Positions 1 to 15,272 of a stretch of DNA of 64,000 bases are shown piece by piece (within the stretch, counting starts at the first letter, position 1; each line of letters begins with the position of its first letter). The stretch lies in NCBI GenBank assembly GCA_000004695.1, contig CM000155.2:1696001-1760000 (forward strand), read 5' to 3'. Both the position numbers and the translations under genes were made by a program. This DNA is from Dictyostelium discoideum (lineage: Eukaryota). The notes beneath the pieces are model-generated. The model made no database searches. It saw nothing but the letters and a program-made list of their open reading frames with translations, and was not told the origin of the DNA.

Positions 1-2
1 TA

Positions 3-255
3 TATCACGCCTCTTCACTTCCTTATGATTTTAACAACAATAATAATAACAATAATAGTAACAACTATAATAATAATACAAATGTACCAAATAGTTTACC
101 ATTTGCATACAATAACAATATTTATTCATCACCAACCGAGGCAATACCACAACCAACAACATTAAATAAATCTAAATCTCTTGAAAATACAGGTAATACA
201 ATTAGAGCACATCCATTTAAAGATGATAAAAAATCAACTACAATCCAACAACCGC

Positions 256-335
<80 letters not shown>

Positions 336-857
336 AATAGGCAACTATCGAATTTATCTACTGATTTTGAAAGGGATTTAGTAATTTTAGATGGTGAAGA
401 GTTAGAATCAATGGAAAGAGTATTTAATAGAGCAGTTGCAATTGCAGAATTGGGTGATCTCAGACAAAACGAACCATTGGAATGTGTACCATTGTATATT
501 CTCGCATTAAAATTAATGAAATCGAAAATACCAAATGATCCATCAAGTTCACCTGATAAATTTATAAATACCTTTACTGAATATAAAAGAAAGTTAGTTC
601 ATATATTTTCAACTTCAAATACCTCTGTAAAAAATCAAGACCACCACTCTTCATTCTCTCCAAATCGTTTTATCTATGAAAATGCTTTGGAGTTTGGAAA
701 AAAGGGAGCAGTCGAAGAATTGTATAATAATTACCCAACATCACTTCAGTTTTATACTGATGGTACTCTTTTGTTAGAATATCTTTCATCTATCGTAATT
801 GATTCTGATGACCAAGAGATCATTAAGAAATGTATGTATTTATTTAATTTAATTTAA
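3..857 (+). CDS. atg1: 3' part (partial; 5' end outside the window) of a Q/N-rich protein whose C-terminal domain resembles the Atg1/ULK kinase C-terminal (tMIT/EAT) domain
   Basis: Frame 3 is open from nt 3 to the TAA at 855-857 and runs through a (CAA)n polyQ tract (241-335). The C-terminal segment FNRAVAIAELGDL..ECVPLYILALKLMK aligns by eye with ULK1 FSHAVQMVQSAAL..GCVPRYHKALLLLE. The symbol assignment is tentative. Confidence 0.45.
241..335 (+). repeat. (CAA)n trinucleotide repeat encoding polyQ inside the coding frame
   Basis: About 32 perfect CAA units are read directly in the sequence. Confidence 0.95.
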
Positions 858-1850
858 TTTAATTTAATCATTTAATTAATTATTTGTTTATTTATTTAAT
901 TATTTATTTATTTAATTATTTATTTTTTTAATTATTTTTTTAATTTTTTTTTAATTATTTTTTTAATTATTTATTTAAAATTAAAATACTAATTTTTTTT
1001 TTTTTTATTATATTTTATTATATTTTAGATTTAAATGCATTTGAAGTGAGAACTCAAATTTGTAAAAAAAATTATGAAAATAGCAAAAATACAGTTTTGA
1101 ATACCAATAGTATTCAAAATAATACATAATCATAATAAAATAATTTAAAAACAACACAAATTATTATTATTATTATTATTTTTTTTTTTTTTATTATCTT
1201 TTAACACTTTTTTTTTTATTTTTGTTTTTTTAATAATATATCCCTTATTTAAATTCAATTTTAAAAATCATTGTAAATAAACAAACAAATTAATGTGTAA
1301 AAATAATTCTTCTTAAGTAAATATTTTAAAACCACCATCAAATTTAATTTTTTTTTTTTATAATTTTATATTCTAAAAATTATATTTTATATTTTTTCTA
1401 AATTAGTATAAAAATAATAAATAGCAGTAAATGAATTTCTACCATTCAATCATACACCAAATGGTTTTCTCCTATAATCGTAAACGTCAAATTATTTTGT
1501 ATGTAAGATTTGTTAATCCAATAATATTTTTCTATGCATATAAAATCATGAATATATGATAATAATAATTAAAAAAAAAAAAAAAAAAAAAATATCTTTG
1601 AAAAGTGTGGTTTAACTGTTTACTTTTATCAGTTTTTTTAACCTTTTTTTATTTTTATTTTAAAAAATTTATTAACAATATCTTCACAATCAAAGGATTG
1701 GGAAAAAGTATTAAATTCTCGATTTTTGGATATATAATTTAATTAAGATTTAATTTATTTAAAAAAAAAAATTAAAATTACATAAATAGAACCAAATTTT
1801 TTTTTTTTTCAATTAAAAAATAATAATAAAATTACTAAATATATATTATT

Positions 1851-1907
<57 letters not shown>

Positions 1908-1910
<3 letters not shown>

Positions 1911-3365
1911 TACTGTTTAAAAATTTATATATTATTTTATATTCTAATAATATCAATGGTATCAATATCACAATGTAATTCATTTTTAATAAAAAGTAAA
2001 CCAGATGTTATGATTGTTGATGAATCAATTCAAATCCATGAAATTGTTTATCAATTATTCGTCCAAAAAGTTGATCATTTTAATTTATTAGATGATAGAA
2101 CATTTTTTCAAAGATTTGTTGTAAATTCAAAATATTGGAATGGCACTGGTCCAGTTTTTTTCATTATTAGTGGGGAACAAAATATGGAGGCCAGTTCTGT
2201 AAATTCTTGTCAGTATACAATTTGGGCCAAACAATTAAATGCATTAATCGTGTCTTTAGAACATAGATATTATGGTGGTAGTTATGTAACTGAAGATTTA
2301 TCAACTGATAATCTAAAATATTTAACAACTCAACAAGCTTTGGCCGATTGTGTTGTATTTATCGATTGGTTTACCAAAGTATATTATCATGTACCATCAT
2401 CATCAAAAATCATTTCATTTGGAGGAAGTTATGCTGGTACTTTATCAGCTTATTTGGCAATGAAATATCCTTCAAAAATAAGTTTCTCTGTTGCTTCAAG
2501 TGCACCATTGAACCCAGTGGTTAATTTTTATCAATATATGGAAGTAATTCAAAAATCAATACTTTTATTAAATAATGGTGAAAAATGTTTAAATAATATT
2601 AAACTTGCAAATAATAAAATCATTGAAATGATTCATGACCCAATATTAACTTATAATATTACAAAATTATTTGGTCTTTGTTCAAATATTGATTTTGATA
2701 ATGATTTATCAACATTCATGTTTGAAATTGCAAATGTTTGGGGAACTGCTGCTCAATATGGTAATTTGGTACCTGGCTATATATCATTGGATTCATTATG
2801 TAATATTATGGTCGATGATTCAAAGGAACCATTGGATAACTATTTATACATTTGGTATGGTATGAAAAATTCTGATGAATGTAATGATGTTACCTATCAA
2901 ACAATGATTGCAAATTTTAAATATAGTCAAATCGACCATTTAAATACAAGAAATGAATTATTTAATATGACAAGACAATGGTTATTTCAATGTTGTACTG
3001 AATTTGGATTTTTCATTACAAGTGATTCATATGATCAACCTTTTACTAATTTCAATTTCAATTTTCAAAGACAAATTTGTATTGATGTATTTGGAAAAAA
3101 ACCTACACTTTCAACAAGTTGGACTTTGGTAGAGTATGGTGGTATTAGTCCAAACTATAACTCTGTTAGAAATGTTTTATTTGTTTCAAGTACTAATGAT
3201 CCTTGGTCATCTCTTTCAATTTCAAAATCAAATCAATATAAAATCGTTATAGTTGAAAATGGTACCCATTGTTCTGATATGATACCAATAAACGAAGTTT
3301 CTGTACCTGATGTTGCAAGGGCTCAAAATGAAATATTTAATTATATATTAGATGCTTTAAATTAA
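1908..3365 (+). CDS. Serine peptidase of family S28 (lysosomal Pro-X carboxypeptidase, PRCP/DPP7-like), secreted
   Basis: A single 485-aa ORF preceded by a roughly 50-nt poly(A) promoter tract. It has an N-terminal hydrophobic signal, the motif FFQRF..DHFN, and the catalytic-serine motif FGGSYAG typical of S28 (GGSYGG). The ORF is uninterrupted. Confidence 0.75.
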
Positions 3366-3549
3366 TTATAAAAAACAAATATTATTATTATATTTTATAT
3401 TTTTGTACAATAAATAATTTTAAAATAAATAAATAAAACAAAATTAAATAAATTAAATAAAAAAACAAATTATGAAATTGTAATTGATTAAATGGAAAAT
3501 GAAAGATATCCCATCATATTTGGAAAATAAAAACAATTATTAAAGTACA

Positions 3550-5995
3550 TTGAAATTATTTTTTTTTTTTTTTTGATATAAATAAACTATTGTAGTATAC
3601 AATTAGTATGTTATTTTTATTTATTTATTTTAGGTTTTTTAGTTTTTGTGAATTTAAAATGGTATGTTATTTTAGATTAGGTAATTAATAATTAATTGGT
3701 GGTGTAATTGTTGGAATTGGTTCATTTGTGTTTATGCTCCATTCTTTTTTAAATTTTTTGATGGTTTCGGACCATTGGGTTTCTTTTTGAGTTTTTGTGA
3801 GGTTGTTTTTAATTGAGTATTGGTTAAAGTTTGATAATGTTCTTGAATATTCCAATCTTATTAGCTTGTGCCATTTTGATTTTAATATATCATAATCTAG
3901 TGTTATGTTGTTTATTTGGTTGTTCCAATTGTCAATTGATTGAGTTATATTGATGTCAAATAATGATTTGCATAACCATATCCATATTTGGTGAATAACT
4001 AATGAGATTATGTTCCAATATGCATGTGTTCTGACTAGATCAAGATTTGTGTTTATATAATTCCAGTTGAACCTGTATTTTTTATATTGTGCGTTTTCTG
4101 CAAAATGAAAATTAATATTGATAGTTGGATCTGGTTTAAATGCTTTGTTGTTTGTTTGTGGTTTATCAATGAGTGTGTATAATTTTGTTGTTTGGTTTTT
4201 TGTTAGTGACCAGTTTTTGTTTCCATTGCAATTTTTATATATAAAATATTTTAATTTGTCGTGGTTTATGAAGTTGATTGTGTGCTGACAATTGAAAAAC
4301 AAATGACCATAGGGATCATTATTCATTTCATTGTTGCAAATGGGGCAAACTTTGTTGTGTAGATGATTAATCGGAAGACATCTAGCATGGAATCTTTGCT
4401 TGTATAACGGCCTTTTGGATCTTTTAATTTTTGAATTTTGACAAATAGTTGGTCGTATGTGTATTTCCATAATAGTTGTATTGATTGTTGGTGCGAAGTA
4501 AGAAGTAGATCTGAATATTTCTTGCCAACATAGTCTTTTGATTTGCATTGGTGATTGTTGAGTATTGTCGAGTAGATTTCTTTGAGTGTTGGTGGTAGTG
4601 AAATATTATTTGTGGTTAATGTTTGAGAGGTTTGGTTTTTTGTTAATATTGGTTGTAGGGTTTGAACTTTATCTTTTAGATGTCCAATTTGAGTTGCATA
4701 GTTTTCCCATTCTTTTTTGATTTTTATCAGGTATGGAGAAGAGATTGATTTGTTGATGATTTGATCCATCCAACTTATCATGTATATTGAGTTATTTGCA
4801 GATTTATGCATTTGTAAAAATCTGTTGTATATCCATATCTTTTGAGCAACTTGTCGTAATTGTATATTCCACATACCCCAACCACCTTCTTTTAATGGTT
4901 TTAATGATATATCATAACACATCAAAGGTATTTTTGCACGTGAATGGATGGTTGATGTGTTGTTTTCAATGGAATTGGTATTGAGAGTTGGTGATTCAGA
5001 ATTTGAGGGAGAATTCATAAACCATGAGATTAATTTATTAATTTGAATTTCTTCATCTTTTGTAAATTCTTCAAGGTATGATAAATATGTTATTGGTGAT
5101 AGTGAGTAGGTGTTTATTATGGTTGTTTTTGTTTTTAATGTTGTGCCACTAGTTTTCCATAGTACTAATGATTTGATCAGTGTTTTCATTGTTTCTGGTA
5201 ATTTCCTATGTAAACCATTATGATTAAAGAAATAGCCAAGAACTCTTTCTGATTGATCTTTTTTGGTTATTGGTATTCTTTTTGATTGTGGAATGTTGTT
5301 TATTATGTGTTTATCAGTGATTTTGTGGGGGTTGATTTCTATTATTGCACTTTTGTTAAAATTTAATGATGATGATGTTGAAGAGCAGAAATTATCGAAA
5401 TGTTTGATTGATTGTTGTTGTTGTTGTTCGTAGTTGATGTTGTATGTTGTAGAGTCGTCTGCAAATTGGGTAAATTTGATTTTAATTTGTGGATTGGGTG
5501 AAATTGGTAATCCAATTATTGTATTGTCTGCATATATTGTTCTAGCTAATATTTCAATTACAATTACAAATAAAGTGGCTGAGATTGGGTCACCTTGTTT
5601 TACACCTCTTTTAATATCGAATTTTCTGGTCGTTTTACCATTAATTGAAATTTTTGCTTGTGAGTCAGATAATAGCTTGTGGATTAAATTTATTAATTTT
5701 ATTGGTATACCAATATTAATTAATGTTCTTTTAATACTATCGTGAGAGATAGAATCAAATGCTTTAAAGAAGTCAAATAGTGTGATGATACCAGGGAGGT
5801 TTTTAGATTTGAGGTAATTGATTAATTCATTGATGTTGATGATGTTGTCTATGATGAATCTGTGGGGTACGAAACCAGTTTGGTTGTTGTTGATAATGAA
5901 AGGAAGTATTCTCAGAAGACGTGCATTGAATACTTTTGAGAGGATCTTGTAATCAGTGTTTAGAAGTGTAATGGGACGACGATTTGATAAATTAT
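3550..5995 (-). mobile_element. 5'-truncated tRNA-gene-targeted non-LTR retrotransposon (TRE3-like), carrying the ORF2 reverse-transcriptase domain, a C-terminal Cys/His region and a 3' UTR with oligo(A)
   Basis: Minus-strand translation of about 5990-5190 gives LINE reverse-transcriptase motifs (RRPITLLNTDYKIL, FDSISH, GVKQGDPISATLF, FADD). ORFs 4323..5189 and 3685..4548 continue ORF2 and end in a DPYGHLFFNC Cys/His motif, which is shared with the element at 63.3-64 kb. The 3' UTR and oligo(A) lie on + at 3556-3684. No endonuclease domain or ORF1 is present, so the 5' end is truncated. The element sits downstream of the minus-strand tRNA-Lys. Confidence 0.7.
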
Positions 5996-6356
5996 TTAAT
6001 TAAATTTTTTTTTTTATTTTTTATTTTTTATTTTTTTTTATTTTATTTTTTTATTTTAAAAAAAAACAAAAGATTCTTAATTTATTAAAATTAATCTTGA
6101 TTAGATTTTTTTTTTTTTTGGTTTTCGTTTTGGTTTACTGTGTGTTTGTTGAGGTTTTTGTATTAAAAGGTTGAGGTTTTTGTATTAAAAGGTTGAGGTG
6201 TATTTGTGTGTGTGTATGTGTGTTGATGTTTTGTTGACGTTTTTGCAGTTTTATGTAAAAATTTTACAATTGATTATTTCTTTTTATTGTTTTTTTATTT
6301 TTATTATTTATTATTTATTTATTATTTATTTTTATATAATTTGAAGTATATTATAT

Positions 6357-6674
6357 TTAATCCAACATTCCTTCTGGTAAAGCATCATCTGGATTATCGG
6401 TACCTTTTTCAGTTTCTTCTAAATCAGCTGATAAACATTTATAAGCTGGAGTAAGGAAAAGTGCTGCAAATGTAACTGTAACCCATGTCATATTTAAAAT
6501 TTTTCTAGTTGTGAAACAAACCAAATTTGCTGAACTAACAATAATATTTCCTAATGTTTTGTTGGTGCTTAATCTACTAAAAAATCCAACTGAAGGTTTT
6601 GGTGTTTCGTGAGATGTAGTTGCTGGTAATGATTTATTTTTTTTGGTTGGTTTCTTTGTTAATCCTTTTGCCAT
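6357..6674 (-). CDS. Hypothetical 105-aa small membrane protein with a basic N-terminus, one predicted transmembrane helix and an acidic C-terminal tail
   Basis: A clean ATG..TAA ORF with noticeably higher GC and codon bias than the flanking sequence. It lies between the two TRE3-like copies. No family was recognised. Confidence 0.4.
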   Translation of the reverse strand: MAKGLTKKPTKKNKSLPATTSHETPKPSVGFFSRLSTNKTLGNIIVSSANLVCFTTRKILNMTWVTVTFAALFLTPAYKCLSADLEETEKGTDNPDDALPEGMLD

Positions 6675-6764
6675 TTTTACTAATTATATATATATATATG
6701 TTGAGGTGATTTAAATATTATTTGTGTGTTTGTTCCTCCAAATTTTAAAATTTTTTTTTTTTTT

Positions 6765-6956
6765 TTTTTTTTGATATAAATAAACTATTGTAGTATACAA
6801 TTAGTATGTTATTTTTATTTATTTATTTTAGGTTTTTTAGTTTTTGTGAATTTAAAATAGTATGTTATTTTAGATTAGGTAATTAATAATTAATTGGTGG
6901 TGTAATTGTTGGAATTGGTTCATTAGTGTTTATGCTCCATTCTTTTTTAAATTTTT

Positions 6957-6997
<41 letters not shown>

Positions 6998-7118
6998 TGG
7001 ATTAACAAGATTGATATATCTACCTATTTTTGATTGTTTCGGACCATTGGGTTTCTTTTTGAGTTTTTGTGAGGTTGTTTTTAATTGAGTATTGGTTAAA
7101 GTTTGATAGTGTTCTTGA

Positions 7119-7126
<8 letters not shown>
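6765..7126 (-). mobile_element. Second, short 3' fragment of the same TRE3-like element, interrupted at 6961-7030 by a (T)32 tract plus the 3' terminus of a different TRE-like element
   Basis: 6769-6960 and 6993-7126 are near-identical to 3556-3850. The inserted stretch aatattggattaacaagattgatatat preceded by poly(T) is the same sequence found at 63248-63300, the 3' end of the element at the tRNA-Ser locus. Confidence 0.65.
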
Positions 7127-7154
<28 letters not shown>

Positions 7155-7203
7155 ATTATTTTTTTTTTTTACCTAAAAGCGGTGTAAAGAGTGGGGAGAT
7201 CCG

Positions 7204-7244
<41 letters not shown>

Positions 7245-7274
7245 ATTATAAACAAAAGATTTTAAAAAAAAATT

Positions 7275-7347
7275 CGCCCAAAGGGGGGCTCGAACCCCCG
7301 ACCACAAGGTTAAAAGCCTTGCGCTCTACCGACTGAGCTATCTGGGC
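7275..7347 (-). tRNA. tRNA-Lys (anticodon UUU)
   Basis: The reverse complement folds as a cloverleaf: acceptor stem GCCCAGA/TTTGGGC with discriminator G, D-arm GCTCAGTCGGTAGAGC, anticodon stem CAAGG/CCTTG with loop CTTTTAA, T-arm GGGGGTTCGAGCCCCC. Length is 73 nt with no encoded CCA. Confidence 0.9.
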
Positions 7348-8174
7348 ATTTTATTAGAATTATTTTCTTAATATAAGATTTTATAGAGTATATATATAAT
7401 ATAACTAGTATCTCAAAGCAATTAAAAATATCAAATTGTTGGTATTGAGTTATTAAAAAGAATCGTGTTATTTATTTCTTCGTTTTAATTTATCATTCTG
7501 TTATACAATAAGTTAATTTGTAAAGTAAATTTATTTAGGGTGTAATCAAATTTAAAAAATATAAAAAAATAAATGAAAAAAAAAAAAAAAAAAAGTGAAC
7601 TTTTGGGTAAAACGTACGTTAAACATTACAAGGGTTACAACAAAATGACCCTATATAGATTTTTATTTTTTTTTATTTTTTTTGAATTTTTTTTTAAATT
7701 TTTTTTTTGAATTTTTTTTTTTTAATTTTATTTTTAAATTAAATTTGATACCAAAGATAAACAAATGAGCTGTTTAAAAAAAAAAAATAAAAATAAAAAT
7801 AAAAAAAAAAATAAAAATAAAAAATAACTAATAAATTTCAAACAGAAATAATAACAATAATAATAATCTAGATTTATTATAAAAATTAAGAAATCCTATT
7901 AATAATAATAAATAAAATTTTTTTTTTATTTTTTTTTTTTTGTTTTGGTTGTCCCCCTTTTTAATTCATTGTTAATTTTTTATTTATTTATTTTCTATTT
8001 ATTTTTTATTTTTTTATTTTTTTTTTTTGTTCACTTAAATATATTTATATATATATAATAATTATTGAATAAATAAAAAAAAAAAGGCGGGTTGGGTGAA
8101 CAAAAAAAAAAAAAAAAAAATTATTTATTTAATTATTTATTTAATTTTAATTTAAAAAAAAAAAAAAAAAAAAA

Positions 8175-11100
8175 ATGAGACCATTACAACAATGGTCTTT
8201 GTATATAGTATCAATAATAATAATAGTAATTTTAAAAATTGGTAAGTATGAAAAAAAAAAAAAAAAAAAAAAAAAATCGAAAAATTAATTTTTTATTTTT
8301 TTTTTTTTTTAAATTTAGAAAATTGTTTAAGTTCAACCAATTTTATGCCAACATTGGCAGTTGAAAGAAGGTCAACATTATTTATAGGTAATTTAACAAT
8401 AGAATCATCAGAAAGGGATTTAACTATAGGGTTATTACCAGGTACAGGTAATAATTTTGAATGGTTAGTTTTTAAAGATGGATTTAGTTTAATGGAAGGA
8501 AGGAGAGTTCAATCAGATGAATCGAATGATGCATTAAAATTTCAATGTGTTACAAGCTATGATAGTGGAATTTATTATTTCAAACAAAACGACCCAACAA
8601 ACACAGGTTACAATATAGAAACGGAAAGATTCATATTAAATGTCATTGGTAATGATACGGAAACATTGGTAATGATTAGAGAACCATCATCAATAGTTAT
8701 GTCTGGTACATCATTTTCAGTACAACCAGTGATTGGATTTGGAAGAGCGAAATTACCAACATGGAAAGGTGAATCCCGAGGAAGAATTGAACCAGTGATA
8801 TTGGAAAGTCCATCCAACGGGAAGAACATGCATTTTCTACTACAATTTAGAGGTGTCGATATAGATTTGGAGAGAAAAGAGACGACATTCAATACGCTCT
8901 CTCTAATTGGTGAGCCTGGAGTATATAGAATTGGATTCATTGATACCGATACATGTGAAATGTATAAATCAACAATGGAAATCACAGTTATTGGTACATT
9001 GAATTCGCTTTACTTTGAATGGTCATTGTCAGCATTCATAGTGTTATTAATAATCATAGTATCATTGGTAATCAATTTCATAGCAAAACATAAGGTGAAA
9101 TCAAAAGGATTCCTATCATTGAAGATGGCATTCCTCACACCAATGGAAAGTATATACAAATTCAAAGGTGAATCGATTAGATTCTACTTTAAATCACAAA
9201 GATTATTAGTATTCCAATGTTTATTCTTTACTTTTATCAGTTTGGTATTGTTCATACCAGTCACAGTGAAAGGTGATAACAAATTCCGAGACATGATACT
9301 ATTGTCACAAGCCAATTGGAATGCAAATTCACCATTTCTATTCTTTTATCAAGTGCAAGTGTTTTTATTATTCTGTTCATTAATAATTTGTTATACAAGA
9401 TTCAATGATGAAAGAATATATCTTTCACATGATAGTAATCATTTGGTAACATCAAGAAGTGTATTATTGACAGGCTTACCAAGATCATTGACCAATGTTC
9501 AAATGTTGAAAGATTTCCTTCAAACTGGTTATTCAAATGGTGTTTATTCAGTCTCAATCATTCTTATTAAAATATTTTCACAATCAGATAAAGATAACGA
9601 TTTAAATGGTAGATTGGAACATATCTATGTCGATCCAAATACTGATATAAATCAATTACCATCAGAATTGAAAGTTGAATCAACTGGTAAAGCATTTATA
9701 ACATTTTCATGTGTATCGGATGCTCATTTATTTACAAATCAATTCTCATCATACAAATGGACAAAATCATTAATTAAACGTATCACTCAACCAGTTATAC
9801 CTCAAGAGTATCGTACTGAATTGGGTACTGATAATTGGAGGGCCCACCCTGCACCAAGAGTATCCGATATACTTTGGACAAAGTTACATGACCCTGCAAA
9901 TTTTAGAAATGTTGGTTGGACAATACTACAAATGATTGGTATAACATTCTTCTTTTTGGTGATTGTATTCTTTGCCATCATCTTTTACGAAACTCAATTC
10001 TCAATCATTGACACAATTTCACCCATAGATTATGGTACCAAACAAGCCATGCTCGTTAGTTTAACCTCTTATTTAGCCTATTACTTTTGTCCAAGCATTA
10101 TTCTAATGGGTTTAAATCATTCATTACCCGGTATTATTAGATTCATTCTAATGCGATCAAATAATTATGTTAGAAGCTTTTCAAAGAGTAAAGTCATGTT
10201 AATCACCTTTATAGCTCAATCATTAATCATCGTTATTTTCCCATCTGCTTATTTCTTAATCAATGTTAATCCAGATTCCGATCATGTTTCAAATCAAAAT
10301 CTATTCTTAGTACCAATTAAATTCTTACGTAGAGGTGGTTCATTCTATATTCATTTCATTACTATATTCGCTATGTTAACTCCATTCTTAGAATTATCAA
10401 ATCTTTCCGATATAGTTTATAAAATTTTATTTCATAGAAATTTAAAAACTGAAGAAATCTTTAGTTTTGAACCTTTAAATTTAAAAAAACAATATTTAAA
10501 TTCATTATTATTAGTAAGTTATTATTTTTTAAAAAAAATTTAAATTAAAAAAAAAAAAAAAAAACATATTAATTTTAATTTTAATTTTATTTAAATAATA
10601 ATATTAGGTAATGATGATTGGTTGTTATGGACCAATTTTTCCATTATTATGGGTATTTGTATTATCATATTTAATTGTTAAATTTTATTTAGTTAAATAT
10701 GTTTGTATTGCTTCAAAGGCACCAATACCACCAAGTGATAAGTATTTTGCAGTTTCATTTCAACAATGTATTTGGTTCATTTTAACAGTGATATCAACAT
10801 TTCATTTCTATTATGTAGTTTCATTTGGCCGTGTTGATTTAATGTGTGTCTATATATTCTTGGTTGTCGTTGCATTTGGTAAATATTTCCCATCTTGTTC
10901 AAAGAGTTTATGTTATAGTTTCTTTGATGGTGCAGTTTTACCATGTTTTTCAAAAGATAATGGTAAAAATAAAAAAAGTAATTCAATTGATCCAAATGAT
11001 TCAGATTATTATGATGATGAAAGAGATCAAGATTATTATCAAGATTCTGATGATTCAGATTATGATGATGATGATGATGATCAATATGAAGATAATCATA

Positions 11101-11494
11101 GAAATAATGATGGTTATTATCAATATGATGATGATGATGATGATGAAGAAGAAGATGATGATGATGAAGAAGAATATGAAGATGAAGATGAATACGAAGA
11201 TGATCAAGTAGAATTAAGAAGAAGAATGTATGGTAATAGATATAATGATAATGAATATACAGAACAAGATTCATCAGGCGAAGAATATGATGTAAATTCA
11301 CCACCAGAATATTATTATGATGAAGATCGTGGTGAATTTGTTCAACAATTCCCAAGTTCTATTCATCGTCGTAATAATAATAATATGAAAAAACAAAGAG
11401 CAAATTATAGTAATAATAATAACAATAGCAATAACAATAATAATCAAAAACAGCAACAACAGCAACAACAGCAACAACAGCAACAACAGCGACA

Positions 11495-11525
<31 letters not shown>

Positions 11526-11541
11526 AAAAAACAAAAACATC

Positions 11542-11611
<70 letters not shown>

Positions 11612-12149
11612 TTACAATGTTAATTTAACAGAATCATTTGGATCAAGGCCACCACAACCTATTTCTAATGGTGTTTCAAGTGCAGTTTCTCAGCCAGCAT
11701 TACCATTATCAGCAATTCACTCACCATTACCACCACCACCACAACCAGCAACAACAACTACTACAGATTCAAATACAGATTCTAACAGTGGATTACATGA
11801 TGATTTAATTAATGAATATCTTAAAGAACCAAATCAAGATGATGTTAAATTAAATATTCATCATAAATCGAAATTAAAACAAAAGATTTTAAAGATTAAA
11901 CAAAGTTATACTCAAGATCAAGGTTTTGGATTTATGTCTAGATTCTTTGGTCGTTATAAGTTACCAACTCCAGAGTCAATGACTGTTATAACTTATCTAT
12001 CTCCTTATTTTGGTTTGGATATTTCTCAGTGTGAAAATGTTAAAGATATAGAAGAAGAAGAAGATCAAGATATTAACGATGATGATTATGAATATGATGA
12101 TGAGGATAATTTAGGTGGAGGTGGTGATTATGAAGACTATTCTTCTTAA
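8175..12149 (+). CDS. OSCA/TMEM63/CSC1-family mechanosensitive, calcium-permeable cation channel homologue with signal peptide, N-terminal ectodomain, multi-TM core and a long acidic/polyQ C-terminal tail
   Basis: Three exons are proposed: 8175..8241 (MRPLQQWSLYIVSIIIIVILKIG, signal peptide; donor GTAAGT), 8319..10513 and 10608..12149; frames check across both introns. Family hallmarks: the cytosolic motif SRSVLLTGLPRS (compare TVLVTxIP) and the DUF221 start WRAHPAPRVSDILWTKL (compare APxPxDIiWxNL), followed by about 7 TM helices. The tail is rich in D/E/Y and has a (CAA)n polyQ run at 11452-11610. Confidence 0.7.
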
Positions 12150-12600
12150 AAATAATAATAATAATAATAATAAATAATAATAAATAATAATAAATAATAA
12201 ATAATAATAAATAATAATAAATAATAAATAATAAATAATAAATAATTATAGAATAATTTAGATCTAAAAAAAATGGTTCAAAGAATAAATTAAATCTTGT
12301 TTTTATTTTTTTTTTTATTTTTTTTAAAAACTCCACACAACTCAAAAAAAAAAAATGAGTTTCCCCACACAACTCTTTTTTTTTTTTTTTTTGTTGATAG
12401 TCTATTTTTTATTTTTTTTTAAACAGACTATTTTTTTTTTATTTTTTTTGTTAATAGTCTATTTTTTATTTTTTTATTTTTTAATTTTTATTTTTATTTT
12501 TTTTTTTTTTTTTAATCTTTTAGTCTATTTTTTTTTTTTATTTTTTTTTTTTAATCTTTTAGAACTTACACCACAACCAAACATTGTTGATTTTAAGAAA

Positions 12601-14848
<2,248 letters not shown>

Positions 14849-14860
14849 TATGTTGGGGGG

Positions 14861-14925
<65 letters not shown>

Positions 14926-15272
14926 AGTAATTAATAATTCAAATAGTTAAATAGTCATTAATTAAAATTTTGATAGTTTGACTATTTAATTTTATTATTT
15001 TTTTAAAAAATATATTTAAAAATTAAATAAAAATAAATCAAAAAAAAAAAAAAAAAAAAAAAAAACATAAAGTCAATTGATTTACCATAAAGTTCAAAAT
15101 TCCACAAAAACATATTTTTTCTTTGAATCATCAAAAAAAAAAAAATCTATTTTAATTTTTATTTTTTTTATTTTTTTATTTTTTTTTGGTCATCATAAAT
15201 CAGAAATTCTAATTTTAAAAAAAAAACAAAAATAGTTAAATAAATAAAAAAAAAAAAAAAAAAATTTAAAAA

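Noticed and set aside
5434-5745. Plus-strand ORF inside the retroelement (also 4787..4984 and 2671..2865 inside the S28 gene)
   Set aside because: Antisense or out of frame to clearly coding sequence (RT motifs, the peptidase). Hydrophobic junk composition.
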